Assembly (NCBI GenBank): GCA_018398765.1 | Contig: JAHBMJ010000510.1 | Coordinates: forward strand, 1-64,000 | Source of the DNA: Chromera velia | Taxonomy: Eukaryota | DNA: 64,000 bases | Direction of reading: 5' to 3' | Shown: positions 27,817 through 39,889 of the stretch, piece by piece | Layout: each line of letters starts with the position of its first letter | Position numbering within the stretch: the first letter of the stretch is position 1 | Translations under genes and position numbers: made by a program | The notes under the pieces: model-generated | Told to the model about the DNA's origin: nothing | The model's input: the letters and a program-made list of their open reading frames with translations, nothing else | The model's database searches: none

Positions 27817-28777
27817 TACACACAGACACATATGTATACACGCGCACGCACCTGTTTCCATCATTTGACGATCCCTCACGCTGCTCGCCTTCTGCTCCCA
27901 TGCGCTCTCCATCAAATCAGGGACGGCATCCCTCTCTTCCCCCCCCCTTTCCACCCCGCTGCTGCTATTCCCTTCGTCGTCCAATCGTTCACCAGGTCCC
28001 CTCCCCCCCTTGTCATCTCCCAATGTGGACGACCGAAAGAACGGATCCCTAGAAGGGGTACTCGCACGGAGCAACGAAGAAAAGGACGAGTCCATCTGCG
28101 AAACCAAAAGACCAGACGAGGCTGCAGTTGCCGCAATTTGATCCTCTCTCTCTTTCTTCTCGTTGTCACATTCACGGACCGAACGTGAAACGATCGACAT
28201 TGCTTCGGTCCCCCCACCCCCCCACACCCTCTCCAACTCAAGGCAATCCTCAAAGGCATCGTCTTCCACCATACCCTCGGGAGAGAGGAAAAGAGAAGCA
28301 TCGGGACTCTGCTCTGCCTCCATCCCCTCTCTGAGGGCGTCTGCAGGCGGATCTGTGGCAGGCTGTGAGGGAGAGCTCTGAAGGCAGAACTCCGTCTCTT
28401 CTCGTTGGTCTTTCTGAGGGGGCGTCCCCCCTCTCCATACCACGCCAATCTTTTCCGTGATGCCTGTTTCACGAGATCCCACCTCTAACCGTGGAGAGGA
28501 AGGAACGGGAGACGGAGTCGGTTCGGGGAGTTCGCTGGAACGGCAGGGCGGTGTTGCGTCTCTGTCTCCATCCGCTGCCGGCACATCTGCACGTACACAA
28601 TGAGAAAATGGCAGGAAAGAATAGTGCGCATACATGAAGCAGCTCAGTTTTTGAGGATATGTACAGGAACAGATAGAAAGCGACAAGTCATACAAGTGTC
28701 GACAAACCTGGACTCCGTGCTGTCTGATCTTTCGCCGCCTGTCCCCAGACCGTCTCCAGGGCGTCTTCAAAGAGCAT
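11446..28777 (-). CDS. Giant (~5,170 aa) multi-KH-like / RING / IBR-like / PARP-type ADP-ribosyltransferase protein; 8 proposed exons
   Basis: Phase-compatible GT-AG exons: 28777-28708, 28586-27852, 27620-15348 (12.3 kb), 15122-~14582, ~14219-13871, 13755-13660, 13507-12338, 11736-11446; the exon 4/5 junction is the least certain. RING: CVVC...GPCRHPVCVDC...CPLC. IBR-like: CEYPL|C...CAC...CMQC...WHQPLC. ART: FLWHATRG...ILEENFDPSRRG...GAGEYFG...QYS|HSDAIYLVAFVLKG...NIGVVVRN...FCLPVLQV. Confidence 0.82.
17600..26595 (-). repeat. Five tandem intragenic modules of ~1.7-2.0 kb (~580-680 aa)
   Basis: Each starts with ELPCPL(G/E)LV(F/L)AL(Q/R)A(D/G)SQSLLRAVE(F/V)AFRGRLRIS at ~26590, 24598, 22768, 21038 and 18996, and ends with a conserved HLEVPxGFGEFLR...CMVVVS...LVCSPSVASxLFP...LHVFGG block followed by an S/E/G-rich linker. 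Confidence 0.95.
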
Positions 28778-29385
28778 GATGTCCAAATATCGGATAATGG
28801 AGCAGAGAAATGAGAGCACCACTCACAATGAATCGCGTCTCTGAGGGACCGCACAAAAATTGATTGCCACTGCCATGCCCCTGGGCGTCTCAGTTGAAGA
28901 CGCCTTGCAAACGCGGCCAGAGCTTTGCCTGCTCTTTCGGGGTGATACGGCCGGTCAGACTTTCGAAGTGCGGTGAAGACTTCGTGCTTCAGTCAGTGAC
29001 AAGTCGGAAGAACAGTCAGACACTCATTGAGAGAGAGAGGAGAGAGAGAGAAGGGTCCGGGCCGTGGCGCGTATATCGGTGTATGGGCGCGCGCAAAGCG
29101 CGCGCGAACTGCATGCATGAGTGCATACGCGATAATGCATATACGCGACGCGTGCGTCAATTTGCGGCATGCATGCATGCAGGTCAGGCATCTGCATATG
29201 CTGCCTTGCGAATGTCGGGCAGTGAGTAACAGTGACTCAGCTATATAGTGAGGGTATAACAGCAGCTGGTGCGTATGAGAAAGTCGCAAGATTGCGTAAA
29301 AATCTGAAGAAGAACATATGTCGGTGACAACAATCGTTTTCTCCCGGAAAGAGTTCCAAAACGGGCTTTCTTACTCCTGAATTCA
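28778..29385. promoter_or_regulatory. Putative bidirectional promoter with clustered TGCATGCA/GCATGC motifs
   Basis: ~0.6 kb between two divergent genes. TGCATGCA at ~29110 and ~29170 plus several TGCAT half-sites. TGCATGCA is a known ApiAP2 binding motif in apicomplexans; function here is inferred. Confidence 0.45.
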
Positions 29386-32300
29386 TTGCCGTACAGTCAG
29401 ACTGCTATTGCCAGTGAACGAATCTTTGAAACCTTCAGACGAGAGATGTGGGAAGGTCTGAAAGCTGTGGCAATGGCCGGCCTGCGGGCCTACCTGGCGT
29501 CTTCTTTTGAGGAGACTGTCATGAAGAGCGCACCGGAACTGCCGGTAGAACATCGCAATCGCATAAAGGTCAGTCAAATGAGATGTTTCTTTTGTAGCAA
29601 ATATCCGGTCAAAAGGGGGCAAGGCACTCGCCCTCCACTTACTTTCCACAAGTACATGAAGCTGGCCTGGAAGGGCAGATAAGCGCAGCGTCTTCATGCC
29701 TACTTGACCGGTGGACCGAAACGAATACCCCTTTTCTATCCGCATGTTCCTCTTTCACCTGTTCATCGATTCCCTGCCGCTCAATGCCAATGCGTTTGTA
29801 GGCGGATTCCAATACTGTCAGGTTTTTCCGCATGCTTCGATTTAATCCCATATCCTCGGCACTTCTGCCTGTCTGTGCACAGCCCGCGTTTGAGTCTGTG
29901 TTTGACGACTTCATGAAGGGGAGAACCAACTCCGCAGCCAGGCGCCTCCGGAGTCTCCTCTTCCTTATCCGGCCCCACGTGCAGGTACGTCCGTGCGTGC
30001 GTCACTTTCCCTCATAGACTGTCAAGAAGACAGCGATATGCATTTGTCTGCCTCCTAGTTCTGCTGACTTCCTCACAGGCCCATGCAAGATGACGTCGAG
30101 AGAGTTGTATTCAGGCAGAATTTCAATAATGTCGTAAGCAGAGTATACAGATTCGATTCCGCGCAACGGTCGAATGGATAGTCTTTGGAATGAGAAACCG
30201 TGGCAAAAAAAGAAGAGCGCTTAAAAGCTGAATGAACCGTACGCACTGTTGATGAGAATATGCGCAGGACGAGGGGCAAAAGAGCCTCCTGAATGAGCTC
30301 TTGGACGTCCTCAGGCAGGCAGCGGGGAGACAGGGAAGAGACCTCGACCAGGACTGCTTCGACGCTGTACCCTACTCAGAGAGTCAGTTGGTCGCCTTGA
30401 GTAGGGAGAGGGAAAAACAAGAGGGGGGGGGGGTATCCGTCGCACGGGCTGTGGCAGTTTCATCTGCAAGGGCCTTGCAGTGAATTAATGCGAACGAGTC
30501 ATGATGCAGGAGCCCTGTTAATTTATCTGAATCATAAGACCCAAATGGGGAAGGGGCTTTCCTGTACGCTTGTTCAATCAGTGAGTTATTTGATTCACTT
30601 CTTTGTTTTTTTGTCATATTTGCTCACACACTCTGCCGTTCTGCCCTCTGCGTGTGTATGCAGACATTCATCTTCCAGAAGTGGACGGAGAGTTGCGAGA
30701 GAGGTTCGGAATCGTTCATGACACGCCTTTTCTGTTGCCCGGTCAGTCAGACAGTCTATCTGTCCGTCGAGCGCCTGAATCCTCTTGGTGCATGGATGGA
30801 GCGAAGAGGCATCGCTTTCGCATTGTTGTAGCCTGTCTGATTTGATGAGGTGAGAAGAGGTTCGGATCTTTTGAGAATTAGCACCCACGGACAAGAAAAG
30901 CGGAAGAAGAGAAACAAAAGGCTGGCTTGGCGTGTTGTTGGTAAAGAGGGCACGAGAGAGGGTCTGCAGACAGAATCAGAAGGGCATCGTCTAGCTCAGT
31001 GACGACTCAGTGCAGCTGTCTGACTTATATTCTGCAACAAATTGATGCTACTTTTTGAGTCTGCACTGGAAACTTTATAATATCCTTTCCCGCAGCATCA
31101 CTTTTCTCTCTGCCCGCATCCCTGCCCCCCCCCGTGCAGAGGACAGGCGACGGGCCCTCCTCCAAGCGCTGCAGGATGCGGTGAAGGAAGGAGAGCCTCC
31201 GGAGTGCCCCATCACCAGAGAGACGTTGTTCGAGGGGGAAACTTGGAAAATCACCCCGGATGTCGTCGGAATCTTCGAGGAGGAACCTCAGCACCCCGGC
31301 AGATTTCATGCCTTCTTTTACAACGGACACGCACTCAGAGAATGGTTCAGCTCCTCAGGATGCCGAAATCCTCTGGTCAGTTTCGCCTGCGGGCGTAGAA
31401 GAAAATATTGACAGGAAGCGATAGCCAGGTCTATTGATTCTTGAATTTTGGTTCGCTACGCGCTTACGTTCTCTTCAATCTTGGGTGTCTCTCCCTGCAC
31501 ATGTGTGTGTACTCACTCGTCTATGTTTGAATCCATCGGTCTTTCTTCCGAAATTTTTGTTTTTGGTGTCCCCTCTGCTTTCTTCTCCTTCAGTCAGGCA
31601 CTTCCCTCTTCTTCTACTGTCTGTGCAGACAAGAGAGACCATCGACGAAGCGAATTGGTGTCAACTCTCCCGCCCAGAGTCAGTCTGTCTGTCGGTCTGT
31701 CCGTCTGTCAGATGACATGCCTTCAGGAACTGGTTTGGTTGGCTCCATCAGTTGAAGGTCATGTTACTCTACTTGATTGGGATAGCACACAAGCCTGATT
31801 TGATGCACCCTAGGAGCACCCACAAGACAGGAAGGAGGAGTGGACAAAGAGACGGAGGAATGAATGAATGAATGAATGAATGAATGAATGAATGAATGGA
31901 TGAATGAATGAGTGCGTGAACAAACGAATGAATGAATGAATGAAAGGAGGAAGGAAGGAGGGAAAGAAGGGTGGGAAAGGAGGGAGGAGGTAAAGGATGA
32001 AAAAAGAAACAAATCCCAGTCCTTACTTCGATTTCCTCCCCCCCCTTTTGTCCCTCTCACCTCCACAGAGAAGGAGCCAAAGACAAGGACGGGATTCTGA
32101 AGACCAAAGATCTGGAGGACCAAGAGAGCAGACCGCTCATGGATGACGACGATGATGACGATGGAGATGATGAGGAGGACGACGATAGCATCAGCCTGGG
32201 AGTGAGGATGCCTCCCCGTCTCCCCAGCGACCTCGGGGGAAGTCTGCAGAACAGCGAGGCCTTCGACTCCGGGCCCCTCAGTGCTGCAGGCGGGGGCGGG

Positions 32301-32721
32301 AGGATGAGGGTGCAGGAGCAGGGGGGCAACAAACCCAAGTGAGTCGGGGACTGGAAGAGTGGGTCTATGTGCAAATCGTCGTCAGAGCTTGGTGAAAATC
32401 ATCTGTTGCATTCACACGTAATTCTTCAATGCATGGTAAAATTTTTAACGTCTTCCTTCGACACATTGACACGTTAAGAGCTTCTTTGCACCGGTATCAG
32501 AATTCATCACGTCGTGCATAGCTGCATGCATGCATGTGGCCATCCATCTGTCCAGTCAGTAATTCATTTGTGCGTTCATGGACGAGATCATGAATTGCTG
32601 TCTATGTGCGATAGTCCGACTGTCTACTGATTGTTCATTGTGATTGCTCTACTGCTGCAGATATGCCATGAAGAGGAAGGGCGATGAACGTTCATCCGTT
32701 GGGGCAACGTCTTCTTCTTAG
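29386..32721 (+). CDS. U-box (RING-like) domain protein, putative E3 ubiquitin ligase; 5' end uncertain
   Basis: Phase-consistent exons: ~29386-29568, 29883-29984, 30268-30382, 30664-30741, 31140-31375, 31629-31678, 32069-32338 and 32661-32721 (alternatively a stop at 32342). Splicing builds ECPITRETLF...PDVV...HAFFYNGHALREWFSSSGCRNPL|TRETI, matching the U-box pattern CPI..E...P......Y...A...W......P.TRE. Acidic tail follows. Confidence 0.75.
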
Positions 32722-33859
32722 ATGCGCGAGGTTTTTTTCGCAAGTGGGGCTTGCTCAGTACAAGTGGTTTTGGGGATAATGTAAAAGCTGAAACGAAAAG
32801 TAATATTTAAAGTATGCATTGCCTGTGACATCAGCCTTTTCACGTTTGCAAGGATCGAATTTTCTTCTCCCCCGGCCCTTCCGGCTCGCCCCAACCAAAA
32901 AAGATCCGACTAGTGATTCTTCTAGTGATCCGAGTAATGATCATTGTTCTGAAAAGGCCGTGGTGAACTGTTTTGTACCACTTTTTCTTGACTTCGTCCT
33001 GCGTCTTCCGGTCTACAGTCAAGTTTTTTGGCTCACTTGATCTCCTCTTACTTCCCATCTTTGTTCGATCCCCCTTTTTTTCCTGACCTTTTTATATTTC
33101 ATTTCATAGCATTTTTCGAATTTGTTAACACAAATTTTACGATTCAACTGTGTAATATACAACACTGCATGGCTTTTATCATATTTATTTGAGTTTATTT
33201 GCTGGCACTGCCATACTGCCGTAGTAGACTCGGACTGTTACTGGTACAAAAACACGAACACATGTCAATCATATAAAATTTTATGTTTACCAACCTACTT
33301 TAAGGCTACTTACTACTTTGTGCTTTAATAAGACCGACTCTAATAAGACGGAGACTTGGATTCTATACTATAGTTTAGTACACCTATAGCTTCAATGACT
33401 GGCTGCTTCATATATTAGTATTAATGACAGCGTTTACAAAGCTAGTTACAAAGTTGTTAAGTCTCACTAGCTATTACCACTATAGTACTATGAAGTGTTA
33501 CCATTTTAATATATCTTTTAACGTTTCAAGTTTAGTTGTTTTTTAATTATATGCTGTTGGCCGCTCGGTGATGTTATTGAAAAGTAAAACACACTTCTTC
33601 AGTCTAATGGTTAGTATAATTTTAAGCAAGACTTGAAGCTAGACTTGAACGCACTTCATGTTTTATAAATTTATTGTCCAAAAGAACCATTCTAACGCAG
33701 CATTATCCCTAGCATTATCCAACATTATAGCATACCCGAACTTAATAACACTGGCTTAAACTGTCACTTGAACAAGACATGGTGAATTATTTCTCTTTTA
33801 GCCCTGATGCATTCGCTTTGAGAAAATCGCTTGCAACATGAAGAAAACTCTACGGAACA

Positions 33860-34091
33860 GAATAGAGAAAAGAGAGAAGAAAAGAGAGAGAGGCCAGGGA
33901 AGTGGGAAAGGCAGAGAAAGAGGAAGGGTGAAGGAGAGGGAGAAGAAGGGAGAAAAAGGGAGAGGAGGGAGAACCAGGGAGAGGAAGGGAGAGGAAGAGA
34001 GAGGGACTAGGAGACGGATGGAGAGGAAAGAAGAGAGAGGGAGAGGGAGCGGGGAAGGAAGGGGGGGAAGGAGGGAGAGACAGAGGAAAAT

Positions 34092-34160
<69 letters not shown>

Positions 34161-34292
34161 GAGAGGGAGAGAGAGAGAGAGAGAGGCAGAGAAAGGGGGA
34201 GAGAGAGAGGGAGAGAAAGAGGGAGAGAAAGAGGCAGAGAAAGGGGGAGGGAGAGAGGGAGGGAGGGAGAGAGAGAGAGAGAGAGAGAGAGA
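33860..34292. repeat. GA-rich low-complexity tract with (CA)n
   Basis: Visible simple repeats; overlapping ORFs are compositional artefacts. Confidence 0.9.
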
Positions 34293-34768
34293 CGAACCGC
34301 TAGGACAGACCACTCTCTTTATCCCGCTTTCCTCTTCACGTGTCTTTCTCACTCACTTCAGGAGAGGCAGACAGAATCAGATCACCAAATAGTTTCAACG
34401 GTACAAAATAACAACCTCATCGATTCGCAGGTTGGCGTCTCCTCGAGATTGTCGTTGCGGGTGCGTTTTCACTTCCATCGCACAACTAGGACTGGTACGT
34501 CTAGGAGGGGCCGTTGCAACAGCAGCACCCCCATCGCGCTCAGAATCTGCGTCTCTGAGAAAGAATCCTTCTGCTGAGACCAATCTAGACTTCGCACAGC
34601 ACTTCATAAATCGATGAGAGACAATTAGGAAGAAAAGTCCCCTGCAGCCTCTCTGCAGCTGCTCCTAATAAATGCACATTAAACGTGTGCAACACGCGTG
34701 TGCATGCCCCTTTGGTGCAGCTGATAACTGAAGGACGCAGCTGAGGACTCCAGCACCTGTACCGCTGC

Positions 34769-35323
34769 CTATCTTGATTTGAGCAGCGCTTTTGTTTCTG
34801 ACGAGAGCTCAGCAAAGGCTTCGGCACAGGCAACCAACTTGTGAAGAAAAGCCGCCAGCACTTCTCCCGGTCTCGACATTCTCTTCACCTTCTCCAGGTC
34901 CAACTCCTGAACAATCTCCTTGATCTCAAGAAGCACACCTCCCAGTTTCCATCCGTGGGCCTCTACCTTCTCCATGATTGTTGAGGGTCTCACATTGCGC
35001 AGCGCGTCAATGAACTTCGCAGGTTCTGCAACCACGCTCAGAAAATCCTGGGAAGACACTTCGCTGACGCCCCTACCGTCGTCTTTCACCAGAGCTGTGA
35101 CGCACTGAACGATGGGTGACATTGTCTCCTTCACTGGTGCTGAAGGTCCACCCGTCTTCAGTTCTTCGTACTTCATGTACACGATATCTTGCTTGAGGAG
35201 GGAGTGCAGGACCTTGACCATCCCTTCAAAGCAGGCTGCAGGCTTTTCGAGCTCCTTCTGTGCTTTCTCTTTTTCATCCATGTTCAAGAGGCGGCTCGTC
35301 TGTATGTTGATAGACAGTTCCAA
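34769..35323 (-). CDS. Standalone protein resembling the dynein heavy-chain stalk tip / microtubule-binding domain
   Basis: Intronless 184-aa ORF (alternative start at 35281). Segments LHSLLKQDIVYMK, PSAPVKETMSPIVQCV, EPAKFIDALRNVRPSTI and LDLEKVKRMSRPGEVLAAFLHKLV follow the order and pattern of dynein MTBD helices. Recognised by eye. Confidence 0.6.
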   Translation of the reverse strand: MELSINIQTSRLLNMDEKEKAQKELEKPAACFEGMVKVLHSLLKQDIVYMKYEELKTGGPSAPVKETMSPIVQCVTALVKDDGRGVSEVSSQDFLSVVAEPAKFIDALRNVRPSTIMEKVEAHGWKLGGVLLEIKEIVQELDLEKVKRMSRPGEVLAAFLHKLVACAEAFAELSSETKALLKSR

Positions 35324-36436
35324 CCGTCTACGTGTGCACCTCGCGACGTCTGCAGGCAGTTTCGCTTGCGCGCGGTTAAGATTTGCACGCTGCCATGATG
35401 GATCAATTCGGCCATGCAGTCGGATTGGAGTTCCGATAAAGTTGGTGCTTCACACGCTATAGGTAGGATGCATACCGACCGGATACAGGAGACACTATAG
35501 TGAGATGTGTATGCCATGCATGTCACAGAGATGTGCGTACGTCACATGCATGCACTTGCTAATTGGTCCAGACGTATACCTTATGCAACCTACATGCTGC
35601 ATTTTACAGGTGGAATGTTGCAATTTGAATTAAGTGTTGCAGTGTTGCGCGCGAGGAATTCAATGTCTCCGTGCGCCGGCCCTATAGCTCGCAGAATGTA
35701 TGGCATTGTATGCATGAACTGGCATGAACTTTCGGCATATCCGATCGACGGATCGAAGTACTTAATTGAAACTGTAATTCAATCATCGAGCTTTGTAGTT
35801 TATATCGATGTATCAATACAATAAAGATGATATCTTATATGAGATTTAGCTACATTTAGCCGCTCCTCAACTTTTTCACTTTCTTTTATTTCCTTTCACT
35901 TCGATCAACTGTCGGTCATTTTCTGTAAAAAACTTACGGTACTTACCACATTTAAAAAAAAAGAAACAAAGAAAACAGATAGTAGACAATGTTTACAGTC
36001 GTGTTTACATGATCATCATTAGATTCATTAACAACTATGTTATTGATCATGCAATCAAAAACAGATTTTACCTATATCACCCCGTTTTACCCCGTTTCGC
36101 GTTTGCAATCAAAAGTAATAGTATATGTAATTTACATTGCTTTATATGAAGGATTATAAGAACATAAATCTTATCCTATCCTATCTTATCCTAGGTGATA
36201 CAGTAATGCCACCGTGATAACAGCTGTATGGAAGAGATAAGTATCCCGCCTAGTATCCCTCTATGCTATGCCGCGTAGTATGCTTATCTTATGCTGCTTC
36301 ATGCTAGGCTTCATACAATAAGTATAAAAAGTACATTAACTTAAAACAATCAATAGTCAAGTTAGTTTCTCAACTTGAATCTATAATAGAATTTGTATAA
36401 ACTTCAAGTTCGGCTAGCAACTTAGTAACTCTACTA

Positions 36437-36836
36437 CCATGGGCGACATAAGTTTTGTATATTCATTTTTTGACCTCTCTAGCGCCAATAAAATATAACA
36501 AGAAGTAAACATTTATATAATTAAATTAGTAAGCTATAACGGTTTCAATCAAGTCACGATTTAGGTGTTAATTAGGGGTTGTGGGGAGAATGTGTCTCAA
36601 ATATAAGTAAACTTATTTTTTCTGAAGTGACCGATCGACCAAGCCTATAAAAAGTAATACATAAATTTATAATTCAATCTAGCTTTGCCAATTGAAGACG
36701 TATAAAGCCAATTATTTTAAAGAAATACTTTATGTTGTATCTACTTCTATTCTAGCCCACTTGATCTAGTGTCGACTTCAAAAACGAATCTTTGCTAACT
36801 CCACAAAAAAATATACAATACTTTTGTTACCCATGG
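36437..36836. mobile_element. MITE copy 1 (400 bp)
   Basis: Termini CCATGGGCGACA...TGTTACCCATGG (degenerate TIR), flanked by TA and TG. Near-identical to 47564-47951. Confidence 0.85.
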
Positions 36837-37080
36837 TGTTGATCGAGCAAACTTTCGACAAGAACATACAAAAGAACAAACAAAAAAATATAATAAAAAT
36901 ATGATTGTCAAGCGATAAGAATTTGAAAGAAGACAATGTATGATTTGTTTGATAGAAGTGATCTTTACTTGATTTATTATAAGTCAAACTTTTGTTGTTC
37001 TAAATTTTACTAACATATAGAAACTTAGTTTTTATTTTTTTAGGTTTAAATCATTATGCAGTCGAACACATTTACTCTTT

Positions 37081-37308
37081 TATAAGGAATTCACGTGTCA
37101 GAACAGAGTTCGAGGAGGAGAGGATGAGCGAATGCGCCTCTCTTTGAATAAATCAATGTGGATCGATCAGTTTCTCCTATACGGAGCATGCACAGTTTGT
37201 AGTGTTGCAGATTTGCATAGCTTGTAGCGCGCTGAGCCCAGGCTGAAGTCTCTGGGACCACGGCCACGAAAGGCCGGCGTCAATCGACCCCGGACGCAAT
37301 CTCCAACA
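37081..37308 (-). repeat. 3' LTR of the copia element
   Basis: 228 bp with 9 mismatches to 47012-47239. Reads TGTTGGAG...TTATA on the element strand. Confidence 0.95.
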
Positions 37309-37421
37309 ATCACGCCCTAACTCAAACATTCACAGGAGAGTCACCTCTTTTCTTAGCTTTCGATCGACACGTCTTTGCGAAATCTACCATTCCTCTCTTC
37401 ATATGCCCTTCCTTCTTCACT

Positions 37422-39145
37422 TCAACCTGAGGTGCTTGACTCCCTCTCCCCTTTTCCAACTATTCTTTGTGTATCTGTCTGCCCACTGCCGACCAGTAGA
37501 AACCTAAAGCACCCGCGCCTTTTAAAATTTAACGCTCTCAGCTCTTGCTGCACATACTTCAACAATCCATCTATCCGAGGCTCTCGCTTTGAATATCCAC
37601 TCTCCAATTGCTCCATGAGAGGAGCGCTGTCTGTATAAATCTCTACCTTCAGCGGCTTCATCCACAACGCCTCTGCAAGACGCTTCCATTGAAAAGATTG
37701 TTTCACACCATCTACAAGCGCACAAAGCTCTGCAGAGATTGAAGAAATCAGCTTCCTTTTGATTCGTTTGCTCTTCCATGCCGCCAGATTCGTTCTTCTC
37801 ATTCCCTCAATCTTTTCCTTCTTGTCAACCAAGTAAGCCTCAAAGCCCCCTCTTCCTTCACAACGGGAAAGAGAATACGCAGCATCCACAAACAAAGCAA
37901 GCTTCGGATCAATCACGCCCTCAAAGCGTAAACTGTCGTTCTTTTCATGAGCTCTGATGAGGGCAAGCAAAGCAGCAACAAGCTTCGAACCAGTCGGGCG
38001 GGAACTGTAACGAGACAACTCATTGAAAACAAAAGCAAGATCGGCAAACGTCCGATACACCCAACCAAGCACACCCATCACTTTCATCATCACTGCAACC
38101 AGGTCTTCTTCTTTCTTTTCTTCCTTCTCTTCATTCAGCATCTCAGAGGAAAGAGACTTGCGAGGCAAATCGTTTGTCTGAATAGGAATGGACTTCAAGT
38201 ATGCCTCCTGGCTGATCTCAAACCCGCTTTCATTCTTTCTCACCTCCAAACCCGTGTAGCCCATTTCACCCTCCGCAGAGAGAATTTCTGGCTCATCCAT
38301 TTTTAAACGCTGTCTCAAAGGTTCAAAGTCACAAGCAGGGTTAGCAGAAAAAATGAGTAAATCATCAACATGAACAGCTATCACTGCTTTCACCTTCTTC
38401 TTTTCATCCTTCAACCTAAAGATGCTCTCAACGATTTCCTCCCATCCTTTTTCTGCTGCAATCTGTTTGAAATGCTTTCCATACAGACGAGGGGCATCTT
38501 TCAATCCATACATGGCTCTCTCTAGCTAACCGATAACTCCAGGTGCGAATCCTTCCGGAGAACCCATCGGGACGCGTCCTGGCAGCTGCACAAACACCTC
38601 ATCATGAATGGATGCAGTCAGAAACGCAGTGCGCACATCTGACTTACCGATCGTCCATCCCTGACTGGATGCAAACGTAAAGCAAACCAAAAGAGCCCAC
38701 CAAGCAGCTGTCCCACTGTACGTCTTAATGTTCTTTCGGTCATCTTGAAATCTTTTATACACAAGACGGGCTTTCGGCTTTCTCTCTTTCCCTTTCATCT
38801 TCCATGTTAGCACCCACCTGGTTTTCATTGCTCTTCTCTTCTGTAGTATTCTTACTCCGTTTATTTTTAACACTTTATTCTCCTCAAAGCTTTTCAATTC
38901 CCCTCGCATCGCTTCATCAAAGAGACCTTTCTCTACCTCCTCTTCCTTTGCATCAATGTGCCCCTTCCTTGGGTTCACATGCTTCATCATCTGGTCGACC
39001 ACTTTTTTATCTACCACAAGTCTCTGTGGCGCCTTTCTGAATCCATTTCCTTCTCTCTTCACTTTCTTCTTTTCACTCTCCTTACTATCGTCCTGTGCTA
39101 CCTACACCCTCTTCCCTTCCTGTGCTCCCTGCACTTTCTTATCAT
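37422..39145 (-). pseudogene. Copia RT-RNase H region
   Basis: ORFs 38526-39062 and 37422-38513 are in frame across a TAG. Frameshift near 37525 before KARVL*VSTGRQWADRYTK. Confidence 0.92.
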
Positions 39146-39889
39146 AAGTCCCTATGCTTGAAAATGGACCTCTATGCTGAAGTCTGACCTTTATATTAAT
39201 AGTATTATTCTACGTTTTCTTGACATAAAATATAAGTTAATCAGATTATTTTCTTTTTAGTTTATCAATGATAAATAAGCTGATAACAAATGTTTATAAA
39301 TTTAGATTCAAGTTTTTAAAAGTAATTCTAGCACTAGCTAGTTAAAGGTGATTGATCAACAGTGACTGTCAGCTGCTATGCATGAATGTTTTTCAAATCT
39401 GAATCTGTTTAATGATACTGTTAGCTAAAAAAGTTTTGAAATTTGACTATTATTCGATTAAGTATATGTGTGTGCACATGAATGCGCGGCAAAAAGTTAA
39501 AAAAAAACTATAATCAATCTATCCAGATAATCTATATATTTTAAAGTTTTCACTACAAATGTCAGACTAGAATAAAATTAATTCTCTGGAAAATTCTTTT
39601 AAAAATAGTTCAGTGAGAATGAGTTTTAAATTTTAATACTATCAAAACAATGATCGAAAACTGAAATTTAATATTTTTTAAATATTATTTCAAGATAAAA
39701 CCTTGAAAAGGCCAATGTTTAAGCCATTTTGTTCCATTTATTATTCAGATCGATTCTGATTGAAGAATCGTTTCTGTACTTCTTCTACCATTGCCCAAAG
39801 AATGATATTCTAAGACACCAACTTCTTGTAGGACAAATCATGGAAACTCAGAGTGCCTCTGCCTTGAACACATAAATGACATCCATTGG

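Noticed and set aside
33798..34392. ORFs over GA/CT, GGAA and CA microsatellites (also 8109-8917, 39838-40866, 58186-59075)
   Set aside because: Low-complexity translations of simple repeats.
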